A stretch of DNA of 64,000 bases from Chloroflexota bacterium (GTDB lineage Bacteria; Chloroflexota; UBA5177), in assembly GCA_051002135.1 (NCBI GenBank), contig JBPCMQ010000004.1, positions 2,095 through 66,094 of the forward strand. Reading direction: 5' to 3'. The position numbers and the translations under genes were made by a program. Below are positions 1 to 9,781 of this stretch, piece by piece (positions within the stretch are counted from its first letter, which is position 1; each line of letters opens with the position of its first letter). The notes under the pieces were generated by a model, which worked only from the letters and a program-made list of their open reading frames with translations, was not told the DNA's origin and did not search any database.

Positions 1-1669
1 CGGCCGACTGGCACTCGTATATGACTTGATGGAGCCGCTCCGTCCAGAGGTCGATCGGTATGTGTTGGAAGTTGTTCGAGAGCATACGTTTGCGCCAAAT
101 GATTTTCTGATCACAGCGCGGGGAATGGTGCGCCTGCATCCGCAAACCTATAACACCGGCAACGACTTCATCTACCGAGATGACTACGCACATCCCCTCG
201 ATGCTTACCTCGTCTTAACGGGCCAAAAGGACTTGGATGGAAACCTATTAACGAGTAACCCCGAGACAAGTGGACGTTATCACTCGTCATGGCTTTCGAT
301 GATGTATCCCCGCCTTTTCCTTGCGCGTCAACTCTTACGAGAGGACGGCGTCATCTTCGTGAGCGTCGATGACCACGAAGAACATGACTTACGTCTCCTG
401 ATGAACGAGATCTTCGGGGAAGAGAACTCCCTGGGCACGCTCGTGTGGCAATCAAAGAAAGGGGGTGGCGGCGACAGCGGAAATCTAGTGCAGGATAACG
501 AGTATGTTCTCTGTTATCGCGGAACCAATAACCCACATTGTCTATCGAGGGTTGAGATCGCAGCAGAAGAATTGGATAGGGTGGACGTGAAAGGGCCGTA
601 CCGAAGAGGACGGGAGCTTAATAAGTGGGGTTCTGGTTCGAGACGCGACGATCGTCCTACGATGTATTTTCCCATTCCAGGCCCCGACAGCAATAGCGTG
701 TACCCCATCCGGAATGACGGCAGCGAGGGCCGTTGGAGGAAGGGCCTCAAGAAAATGCTGGCTTTAGTGAATCGAGGCGATGTGGAGTTTGAACAAAGAC
801 CAGATGGAAGCTACATCGTATACGAAAAGATTCGATCAGCCGATCCTCGCTTGAAACCATACCGGACGTGGCTCACCGATGTGGGCACAACAGCCGATGG
901 GTCGAAGACTGTGAAGGAGTTGTTTGACGGTCGCTCCGTCTATGACTACCCGAAGCCGGTTGCGCTCCTCAAGCGTCTCATCTTCATGGGCACAAATGGT
1001 GATGATGACTTAGTTTTAGATTTCTTTGCTGGATCTTGCACTACCGCTCAGGCTGTTCTCGAACTGAACCGTGAGGATGAAGGATCAAGGCGGTTCATCT
1101 GTGTACAGGTACCTGAGCCGTCACCGCTTAAATCCGAGGCACGAAAGGCTGGTTACGGAACGCTTGCCGACGTTGGCAAAGAGCGCATCCGGCGAGTAAT
1201 GTTTCGCATGAATCAGGACAGTGCAAGTGCCCTTGACCTCAGGGAATCTGACGAGCCCGAGGACCTGGGGTTTAGGGTTCTCAAACTCGTTCAGTCGAAC
1301 CTGCGAGGCTGGAATGCAGTTGCTGCTGGTACTTCACCGACTGAATACGCTAGCCAGCTTGAGATGCTCGAAGATCCTCTCGTGCCAGGGTGGATGCCTT
1401 TGCAGGTCATCTATGAGATTGCCATTAAGGAAGGCTTGAGCCTGACGTTCGCGGCAGAAGAGGCAATCGTGGACGGCGTCACGATCTGGAACGTGACCGA
1501 TGACCAGACTGGACAGGGAATCAAAATATGCCTTGACGATGCCCTCTGCCTGGACACGGTTCGAGCTTTGGATCTGACCAAGGAGGATCGATTCATCTGC
1601 CGTGATATCGCGCTCGATGACACAGTCACGGCGAATCTCGCCCTCCAATGTCACTTGAAGACGATCTAG
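1..1669 (+). CDS. mod: Type III restriction-modification DNA methyltransferase (Mod subunit), 5'-partial: the reading frame is open to the window edge
   Basis: C-terminal FxGxG-like SAM motif 'LVLDFFAGSCTTAQAV'. Beta-class N6-adenine methyltransferase architecture, with the expected DPPY motif lying upstream of the window. Its stop (1667-1669) abuts the GTG start of the downstream res gene. Confidence 0.8.
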   Translation, partial: GRLALVYDLMEPLRPEVDRYVLEVVREHTFAPNDFLITARGMVRLHPQTYNTGNDFIYRDDYAHPLDAYLVLTGQKDLDGNLLTSNPETSGRYHSSWLSMMYPRLFLARQLLREDGVIFVSVDDHEEHDLRLLMNEIFGEENSLGTLVWQSKKGGGGDSGNLVQDNEYVLCYRGTNNPHCLSRVEIAAEELDRVDVKGPYRRGRELNKWGSGSRRDDRPTMYFPIPGPDSNSVYPIRNDGSEGRWRKGLKKMLALVNRGDVEFEQRPDGSYIVYEKIRSADPRLKPYRTWLTDVGTTADGSKTVKELFDGRSVYDYPKPVALLKRLIFMGTNGDDDLVLDFFAGSCTTAQAVLELNREDEGSRRFICVQVPEPSPLKSEARKAGYGTLADVGKERIRRVMFRMNQDSASALDLRESDEPEDLGFRVLKLVQSNLRGWNAVAAGTSPTEYASQLEMLEDPLVPGWMPLQVIYEIAIKEGLSLTFAAEEAIVDGVTIWNVTDDQTGQGIKICLDDALCLDTVRALDLTKEDRFICRDIALDDTVTANLALQCHLKTI

Positions 1670-4369
1670 GTGGCTCTGATGGAATTCAGATTTGACGCCA
1701 ACCAAGCGTTCCAGACAGAGGCGGTCGATGCAGTCGCTGACCTCTTGGATGGTCAACCCCTCGTCACACCTGATCTGACCCTTGCCCTAGGTGGCGGATT
1801 TGCCGCCGTTGGGAACCGGCTGGACTTGAGCGAGGGGACGATCCTGAACAACTTGCGGAACTTTCAGGAGCGAAAGGGCATCGAGGTAGATAAGACACTG
1901 AACACTATCGATCAAGATATCGAGACGGCTGACGGTAGGAAGCTGGTCAGCTTCCCCAACTTCTCCGTGGAAATGGAAACTGGTACCGGAAAGACTTACG
2001 TCTACATCCGAACCGTTCTCGAACTCTTCTCGCGCTATGGTCTCCGCAAGTTCATCGTGGCGGTGCCCAGTGTCGCGGTGCGGGAAGGTGTGCTCAAAAC
2101 CCTGCGCATGACGCAGCAGCATTTTCGGGAACTCTATACCAACGTTCCCTATCGGTACTACGCCTACAACTCGGAGAACTTGACGCAGATCCGGAGCTTC
2201 GCTTTGTCAGACAGTATCGAGATCATGATCATGACGCTCGATTCGTTTAACAAGGCGGGAAACGTATTTTGGCGAAGCACGGATCACTTGCAAGGCGAGA
2301 CACCGGTTCATCTCGTCCAGGCCGCTCGCCCCATCCTCACCCTTGACGAGCCGCAGAATATGGAGAGCGAAAAGAGCATCGCGGCCCTGGCTGCACTCGA
2401 TCCTCTCTTCGCTCTCCGGTACAGTGCGACCCACCGCAACGCCTACAACCTCGTGTATCGCTTAACACCCTTCGATGCCTACCGACAGGGCTTGGTGAAG
2501 CGGATCGAGGTTGCCTCGGTGGTCAAGGACGATGACTTCAATCAAGTCTTCTTGCGGCTGGAGGATATCAAGGCGCAAAAGAAGACAGTCTCCGCTCGCC
2601 TCGCGGTCCACCAACTCATGAAGGACGGCAGCGTCAAAGAGAAGGTAGTCACGGTCAAGCCTGGAGACTCGCTGGAGGACAAGACTAAACGACCGGAGTA
2701 CGCTAGCTTCGTTGTTGACGAGATCAACCCTGGTAGCGAAAGCGTGTGCTTCGCGAACGGGATCGAGATCGGGCTTGGAGAATCCCAAGGGGCTGACAAG
2801 GAAGCGGTATTCGAAGCGCAGATCCGGTACAGCATCGAAGAGCATTTCCGAAAGCAAGCTCGGCTGAAACCGCACGGCATCAAAGTCCTCTCGCTCTTCT
2901 TCATTGACCGAGTAGCGAACTACGCCTCCGAGGATGGCATTATCCGGCGTCTCTTCGATGCGCAGTTCGAGTCGATCCGGCAGCGGTATCCCGACTGGTC
3001 GGATATCGATTCGGCTTCTGTGCAAGCCGCGTACTTCGCTCAACGTCGCTCTACGGGGGGAGAGGTCATCTACGAGGACAGCACGACTGGCGCGGCAAAG
3101 AAGGACGAGGAGGCATACGACTTGATCATGAAGGACAAAGAGCGGCTACTCTCCTTCGATCAGCCGGTCTCGTTTATCTTCTCCCACTCGGCCCTCAGGG
3201 AAGGATGGGATAACCCGAACGTCTTTCAGATCTGCACATTGAACCAGACAACGTCCGAGATGAAGAAGCGCCAGGAAGTCGGTCGTGGGATGAGGCTGGC
3301 GGTGGATCAAACGGGCGAGCGTGTCTGGGACGAGCACGTCAATATTCTGACCGTCGTGGCAAACGAGAGCTACGACCGCTATGTCTCGACGCTCCAACAG
3401 GAAATCGAGGCCGACCACGGCAAATCGGGGCTGCCGCCGAGGCCGAAGGATGCGAGGAAGCGGGGAATTGCTCGTCTCCGCAAGGAGTACACGCTGCGAC
3501 CGGAGTTTCAGGAGCTATGGCAGCGGATAAGTCCCAAGACCCGATATGCGGTTCGCGTTGACACCGAGACGCTCATCCAGCAGGTGGTCGGAGACTTGGA
3601 CAAAGTTCAGATCCGTCCTCCCCAAGTCGTTGTGTCCAAGGCGCGGGTGGCGGTCGATGACGAGGATCGTCTGCATTCGATTCGGCTGACCGGTGACAAG
3701 GGCGTGCTGGATCTGAGCAAACGGCACACCCTCCCCAACGTCATCGGCATCATGACCCACCTGCTGGAATTCACCACTCCACCGATTCGTCTCAGCCGAT
3801 GCACCTTGCTTGAGATCTTTCGGCGCACGTCGAATCAGCAAGCGGCACTCTCCAACCCTCAAGAGTTTGCCGCGGTGGTGGTCCAGATCCTCAAGTCCCG
3901 CCTAGCGGATCAACTCGCCGACGGCATCCAGTACGAGAAGATCAACCAGTGGTACGAGATGACCCAGTTCGACGCCGAGATCGAGAGTTGGGAGGACCAT
4001 CTCGTGCCGGCGGACCACGCCCTCTATGACTACGTCATCTACGATTCAGCCGTCGAGCGGCAGTTTGTAGAGGATCTCGAAGGCCGTGATGACGTACGCC
4101 TCTACATCAAGCTGCCGAACTGGTTCAAGGTGCCGACTCCGGTTGGAGAGTACAACCCAGACTGGGCAATCGTGATGGAGGATCGCGACGAACACGCCGA
4201 CACGAATGGCAAGCCGCTTCTCTATCTGGTGAGAGAGACGAAGTCCACTACGAACATGGACGATCTGCGACCCGATGAGCGCAGGAAGATCATTTGCGGT
4301 GGGCGGTTCTTCAGGGAAGCTCTAGGCGTCGAGTACACCGTTGGTCCAGAAGCCGCCACACTACCATGA
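1670..4369 (+). CDS. res: Type III restriction enzyme Res subunit (SF2 helicase + PD-(D/E)xK nuclease)
   Basis: Walker A 'METGTGKTYVYI'. DEAH-like motif II 'LTLDEPQNM'. Helicase C motifs 'REGWDNPNV...QEVGRGMRL'. C-terminal nuclease motif 'YNPDWAIVMED...VRETK'. GTG start immediately after the mod stop. Confidence 0.85.
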   Translation: MALMEFRFDANQAFQTEAVDAVADLLDGQPLVTPDLTLALGGGFAAVGNRLDLSEGTILNNLRNFQERKGIEVDKTLNTIDQDIETADGRKLVSFPNFSVEMETGTGKTYVYIRTVLELFSRYGLRKFIVAVPSVAVREGVLKTLRMTQQHFRELYTNVPYRYYAYNSENLTQIRSFALSDSIEIMIMTLDSFNKAGNVFWRSTDHLQGETPVHLVQAARPILTLDEPQNMESEKSIAALAALDPLFALRYSATHRNAYNLVYRLTPFDAYRQGLVKRIEVASVVKDDDFNQVFLRLEDIKAQKKTVSARLAVHQLMKDGSVKEKVVTVKPGDSLEDKTKRPEYASFVVDEINPGSESVCFANGIEIGLGESQGADKEAVFEAQIRYSIEEHFRKQARLKPHGIKVLSLFFIDRVANYASEDGIIRRLFDAQFESIRQRYPDWSDIDSASVQAAYFAQRRSTGGEVIYEDSTTGAAKKDEEAYDLIMKDKERLLSFDQPVSFIFSHSALREGWDNPNVFQICTLNQTTSEMKKRQEVGRGMRLAVDQTGERVWDEHVNILTVVANESYDRYVSTLQQEIEADHGKSGLPPRPKDARKRGIARLRKEYTLRPEFQELWQRISPKTRYAVRVDTETLIQQVVGDLDKVQIRPPQVVVSKARVAVDDEDRLHSIRLTGDKGVLDLSKRHTLPNVIGIMTHLLEFTTPPIRLSRCTLLEIFRRTSNQQAALSNPQEFAAVVVQILKSRLADQLADGIQYEKINQWYEMTQFDAEIESWEDHLVPADHALYDYVIYDSAVERQFVEDLEGRDDVRLYIKLPNWFKVPTPVGEYNPDWAIVMEDRDEHADTNGKPLLYLVRETKSTTNMDDLRPDERRKIICGGRFFREALGVEYTVGPEAATLP

Positions 4370-4407
4370 CCGCCGTTCTGCCCCCGACCCAAAGTCTGCC
4401 GTAAAAG

Positions 4408-5703
4408 ATGACCAGAGACGACCCGACACTTCTCGGTCGAGGATTGCAGGGTAGCAGCCCTCCGCACCGTGACGATCACAAGCGGGTACTCGTGCCGCTT
4501 GAAGCCTGGGAATACAACTCGCCCTTGCTTAAGATTGAAGGGAAGAGAACGGACCTGGGACTCCTGGCAGAAGCACTCCTGTATTACGACCAGGTCTTCG
4601 TCGATATTCAAAGCGAGCACCAACTCGAAGACCTCTTGCGTTGGGCAATCGAGCGCGACCATATTAATTCGCTGCTTACCTTAATTCATGAGGGCGTGCT
4701 CAAGTTCCACTATCACGCTTTCCTCACCACTGCGGTAAGCACCGAAGGGGTTTTCCGATTACTCCATATCGAGGATACAGCGCAAGCACGAGGGGCCTCC
4801 TTCCCTGAAAAGATCATTTACCGCGCCGATTACTCGTGCCTCCACGCGAGGAAACAGAGGGCTCTCATCCAAGAAATAGAGCGGAACTACGTGGAGGCGA
4901 AGGTAGATAACTACGAACTCCCAATTGAAGACGCCAGACGAGCGTTAGGTGACCCCGAATACTGTAGCCAGTTACTTCAGACATTCATTGATGACCTGTA
5001 TCGCGGTCTCCACCTGGGCAAGCCCCCGCAGGTTTCCTGCGAAATCGAGCAAGTTAGTCCGGAGACCTACACGATCAAGTGGAATACCGACTTCACCCAG
5101 ATCACAAACATGACCTCTGGAAAGCTCGACTTTCGTCCGGACATTCCGATCATCGGTGAGGCTCACACCAACCGCTGCATCATGACTGCCATTCGCAATG
5201 GGCTGGATCTTTCTCTCGGCGATGTGATGGCTACCCTAGCTGGCAACAAACTGGTCGAGGCAAGCGAGCACTCAGGTCGAGTTAGAGAGATCATACAGGA
5301 ATTGAAGATCGAAGTGGAGTTCCCAGACGTGCGCGGACTCGTCAACTCCGGCGACATGTATCTCGACACGGTGCTAGAAATTCGGGCGAAATCGAGCAAA
5401 TTCCGAGGGTGGCTTCAGCAGGAAGGCGACAAGGATCGCAATGCGCTGTCAGCGTATCACAACGAAGTTGCGCAAGCGTCGGGCGTAGCTAAGCAAGGAG
5501 TCGCGACCTTAAAGTTATTCGGAATCCTTAGTTCAACTGGTGCCGCCGCTGCGCGGGTAGTCGATCCAACTGGCGCTGTCAGCACTGCTCTAACCGCCAC
5601 CACAGGTGTCACTAATTTTCTCGGATTCATCGGAGACCGGCTCGTGAAAGATTGGAAGCCGGTTGTGTTTGGGGACTGGGTAAAGAAGCGTCTGGACAGT
5701 TAG
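4408..5703 (+). CDS. Hypothetical protein, third gene of the type III R-M operon (no recognisable domain)
   Basis: 431-aa ORF with an ATG 38 bp after the res stop, on the same strand. Visibly lower GC than the rest of the window. No motif I can assign. Confidence 0.6.
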   Translation: MTRDDPTLLGRGLQGSSPPHRDDHKRVLVPLEAWEYNSPLLKIEGKRTDLGLLAEALLYYDQVFVDIQSEHQLEDLLRWAIERDHINSLLTLIHEGVLKFHYHAFLTTAVSTEGVFRLLHIEDTAQARGASFPEKIIYRADYSCLHARKQRALIQEIERNYVEAKVDNYELPIEDARRALGDPEYCSQLLQTFIDDLYRGLHLGKPPQVSCEIEQVSPETYTIKWNTDFTQITNMTSGKLDFRPDIPIIGEAHTNRCIMTAIRNGLDLSLGDVMATLAGNKLVEASEHSGRVREIIQELKIEVEFPDVRGLVNSGDMYLDTVLEIRAKSSKFRGWLQQEGDKDRNALSAYHNEVAQASGVAKQGVATLKLFGILSSTGAAAARVVDPTGAVSTALTATTGVTNFLGFIGDRLVKDWKPVVFGDWVKKRLDS

Positions 5704-6018
5704 GATCGGCGCATGCTCCTCCCCCAACGCATCTCCGCGTGCGCCGGCTGCTTCCTACAGAACGCCCGCTTGTCGCCCGGATTTGCCCACGCCTCGACTA
5801 CTGCCCAAGCTGCCTGCTTGCGTCGATCAGGCACTGACTTGTCACGGCGCGAAAGGGTGCTTGAAAGAGTTATCAACGTGTTTGTCTTTGCGAAATCGAA
5901 GAGCATCACGGAGACATTATCTTTTAACCACCACGCATTCACTCCGTGTAGTCAAAAATGGTGCCTTGAGTAGATAACGCTATACCCCGCCGTCCGTCCC
6001 AGCCCCTATGGTTCAGGC

Positions 6019-6132
6019 TGTCCATGACGGAGATCGTACGCGTCGCGTGCGTCTTCCCCTGCGACACGCACGGCCTGTCCATGACGGAGATCGTACGCGT
6101 CGCGTGCGTCTTCCCCTGCGACACGCACGGCC
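6019..6132. repeat. Near-perfect 57-bp tandem direct repeat, 2 copies
   Basis: 'tgtccatgacggagatcgtacgcgtcgcgtgcgtcttcccctgcgacacgcacggcc' occurs at 6019-6075 and again at 6076-6132. Each unit contains an imperfect internal inverted repeat. Confidence 0.9.
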
Positions 6133-6363
6133 ACGGGGGGTAACCTCTCACTCGCTTCAAACTGACGGTCGTATCTTGACACCTTCTATTTGTCAAGTGT
6201 TCGGCTCGACGTGCGCCGCTGGCTAAGTCGTGTCAAGCCTTGATGTGATCCCGTCTCTCACTCCGTCAATCTTTCCCATGTCAAGTTGACACGGGTACGT
6301 CTCTATGCATGGTCGTGGATTGAGCGACACTACATCAACTCACCTTCGGTGTGTCACTGAGGC

Positions 6364-6556
6364 CACGGGCGCTCGGTCCCACGGCCCGCACAGAGCCTCA
6401 GAGAGCCCGATTCATCGACCCACACGGGCACCCGGACGGCACGCCCCACGTCCTCGCGGACAGCACGGGCACTCGGTCCCACGGCCCACACGGGTCCATA
6501 AGAGCCCGATTCTACGATCCTCACGGGCACTCGGACGGCCCGGAAGTATTGACAGG
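6364..6556. repeat. Degenerate ~95-bp tandem duplication built of four 'CACGGGCRCYCGG...' half-units
   Basis: Units 6364-6463 and 6464-6556 align by eye ('cacgggcgctcggtcccacggcccgcaca...agagcccgattc...cacgggcacccggacggc'). The duplication ends in a perfect 9-bp-arm hairpin, GGAAGTATT-N8-AATACTTCC, at 6541-6566. Confidence 0.7.
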
Positions 6557-7107
6557 GTAATACTTCCATGCGATGAACGCAACATGAATCGGAGGGACAC
6601 TCGCCACCCCTCTAACAGGAGTACACCAACCATCGCCGGTGCGCCGCTGTTCTCGCTCTGTCAATCCTAGCAGGTCGCATGAAGTCTTGCTCTGTTCATG
6701 CTGCAGGCGGGCGTAGAGCGTGCCACAAGGCGCCCCTACCGTTTCGCAAGGAGTGCCCGATGGCAATTGCACAAATGGACCGCGGCACAAAATGTCAGCC
6801 GAAAGTCGTCCGACTGACGCCGAGCACACTTGACACGCTCGATATCATGGGGGACTGCCTGCTCAACTTCTCGTTGGAGCAGCGGCAGAGACAACAGCGC
6901 CGAGGCGGAGGTCCACCCGTGAGCTACGCGCTCGCGCTGGGAAACGCGGTGCACGAAACTGTCGCACAGATGAATCGTTTGCTCGCGGCCGGACGCCCCC
7001 TCCCGCCGCCCGTTCAAGAAGGTCGCGCCAGTGGCTTGATGGCATTGATTCGCAACATCCGGCGCGAGTCTGCCGGTCTTAGACGGACGAGAAGCCGTGT
7101 TGGCCGC

Positions 7108-9684
7108 CTACGGCCAGCGCACCCTCGCGTAGTTCCAAACCTCTTCCATAGACAGCGCCACCGTTTGGTTGTTGGCTCGAATGAACAACTGCTGCCCTTT
7201 GTCGTCGGTCACAAATGCGGGACGGGGCGAAGGCTTGATGGAGACTTCGCACACCTCTTGGCCGCTCGCATTGGGGAAGGTGATGCGGATGAACGCGCTC
7301 AAGTCTTTCCCGTAGGCGTTCAGCAATAGGTTCGTTAGGTGTAGCTCGAAGCCATCGCGACCAGGCTTCTTGGTGAGCGACTCGTAGTCGTGTGCCAAAC
7401 CCAGGGCCGTCCCGATGTCGTCAACCCCGATCAGCAGGACGCCGCCTGCCACCGAGTTGAGGAAGCCGGCAACGGTCTTCACGATGACCTTCTCGAGCAC
7501 CGGATTGACCTTGTTCTCCCGCATATCCCAACGTAGGGAGGACTTGAACTCGAGTGTCTCGCTCTCTCCTCCGGCGATCAAAGCGGCCACGCCAGACGCG
7601 GGCGCGGGAGCAGGGGGCGCGGCGCCAAGGTAGGTCAACTCCCCGAGCTGGGCCGGCTGCAGCTTGTCGAATTCTTTCTGCAGAACCTTTAGGTATCGCC
7701 ATTCAATGCCGGTTAAGAGGGTCGCGTTCTCGCACCAGATCTGGGCCGCGCGGTCCTTGTGCGCAACGTCAATATCCTCTCGCCCCTTGGTCTCGATAAG
7801 ACAGTGAATCTCGTCGGCGGAAACGGCGACGAAGTCGGGCTCGTAGTACCGGAGGTTGGCGGCGGCGTCTGTGTACTCGATCGTGAAGCCGAATTGAGAG
7901 GGCATCTTGGCGAACCGGAGCACGTCGCTCGCGTCTTCGAGAAAGCCGGCAAACTGTCGTTCGAACTCGTTGTCGCAGGCAACGAGGTTGAAGACGGTCT
8001 TCGTAGCGGGTCGGGTCGGACGCGAGAAGGGGAAAGGCAAGACCTGCGAGAGCCGGCGATCGCTGAGGATGAGCTCGGGTGTCTGCTGCTCAATGACAAG
8101 GGCGCGAAGCGCTGCCGTGAAGGATTTGACGGTGACGTACTGAGCGACGCTCGTGGAGATGGCCTTGAGAATGATCGGGTCGTAGAGGTCGGCGGGCTCG
8201 CCAAAGGCGCGTTCCGCGAGAAATTCTCGTACCTTGGGGACTAAAGCCGCAAATTGAGAGGGCAGCTTGACATCTTGCGCGATCCGCTTTGCATAGTAGG
8301 AAATGACTTCCTCGGGTGTCTGGACCTCGGGTATGCTGTAGTCGCGGTCGACGACCTTCTCTAACGTGATGATGTCGTAGCCCTCGTAATGGAACTCCTT
8401 GGCGGCGGCATCGTTCTGCGTCTTGGGCAGGGGAGGGCACGTCATCTCGCGGACGTTGAGGCCCTCGATCTCCTCGGTGAGGGTCTTCTTGCGGGACAAG
8501 ATCGGACTCAGCTGAGGCATGGCTATGTCCTTGCCGAGCTTGTCTTCGTCAGGCTTGATGACGACGATCTTGACCTTGTCGCCGGTCAGATCGAAGGTTC
8601 CGAGCTCGAGCACCTCGTCACGCTCCAGCTGTTCGACGAACTCGATAAAATTCTTGTTGCCTATCACGTCAACGCGCTCTTGGTACAGATTGCCCAGGTC
8701 GCGAAACATGAGGCGAAGGCCGCGCCCCACGGTCTGCTCGGGAAGAATATTGGCCTTCGCCTTGTATGGGCGTAGGCCGACAACGACCGTGACGTTCTGG
8801 ACGTCCCACCCCTCCCGCAACATAAGCACGCTCACGATGGCATTGACGGGACTCTCAGCCTCGTCAACCTCGCGAGCGACCCGCCGGGCAATGTCAAGGT
8901 CCTTGTCTGAGACCTCTCCGGACCGTTTCGTGTGGATCACCAGAAGTCTGTGGCCTCCAAACTCGCTCGGGTACTTTGTTCGGAGATAGTCTCCCACGTC
9001 ATCGGCCTCGCTCGTGTCGTGCATCATGACGAAGAGGATCGGCGTCTTTCCGAGTGGCTCCAGCTGCTCGCGATACTCGCGCCAGCGCTCCACGGCAGCC
9101 GTCAAGTAGGCCTGGTAGCGTGTGCTGGCGACGTCGGATGGCTGTTCTCTAATACCCCTCGCGATGCCCTTCATCGGCCGCTTCACGACATTGTCAAGGA
9201 TAGCTTGCTTGAGCGGATAGTCATAGACGGTCCAGGTAAAGAGACTGCCCTTGGGGTACCGAGGCGTGGCCGAAAAATCTAGTTGGGCCGCGAGACCTCC
9301 CGGGTTGTCCACGTGGAGGCGACGGATCGCCCGGCTCCACTCGCTCTCCTCGTCGTGCGTGTGATGAGCTTCGTCGTTGATGACAAGGCAGGGAGACTTG
9401 CGCGACGCGATGCGCTCGTCGAAGTCGTCGATATCAGACATCTTCGCCGGCGGCTTCGGGCCGAGGACCGCCGTCATTGCCTCGGGTTCGCCGTCGGCGC
9501 CATTGACCGAAGACCGATCATAAATCTGCTGTATGTTCGTCAGGTAGAGCGCGCCTTCCGACCCGGCACGTTCATTTTCACCCCTGAGATAAACGTCGAC
9601 GTCCCAGAAGATTTGGAAGTCCGGCGGGATCACCGGATCGGATCGGAAGACACGGCCGGCCGCGAAGTCTAGACGGGGTGGCTA
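7108..9684 (-). pseudogene. N-terminally truncated SF2 helicase-nuclease (type III Res-like) with a C-terminal AlbA_2/Schlafen-like domain
   Basis: The frame opens only ~16 codons above a GTG at 9633. DEAH box 'LVINDEAHH' lies ~90 aa from the N-terminus and no Walker A is present. Helicase C 'LMLREGWDVQNV...QTVGRGLRL'. PD-(D/E)xK 'YEPDFVAV...IETKG'. C-terminal 'ESETLEFKSSLRWD...' is the AlbA_2 signature. Confidence 0.6.
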
Positions 9685-9781
9685 ATGTTCGTACCTAAGT
9701 GCACGTACAAGGATCCTTGTTCGGAGAGAAGCTCATGGATAATCAGCAGTCTCTCATACATCATCTGCAGGTAGGAGTCTA

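Noticed and set aside
6019-6132. Integron attC sites or an att site for the 57-bp tandem repeats
   Set aside because: No GTTRRRY / RYYYAAC core sites. No integrase nearby. The repeats are direct and perfect, not imperfect palindromic attC structures.
6679-7329. 216-aa ORF as a single gene
   Set aside because: Its 3' two-thirds overlap the convergent 7108-9684 gene. Only the 6757-7100 portion (an RHH-like small protein) is plausibly coding. It is kept as a low-confidence note, not a feature.
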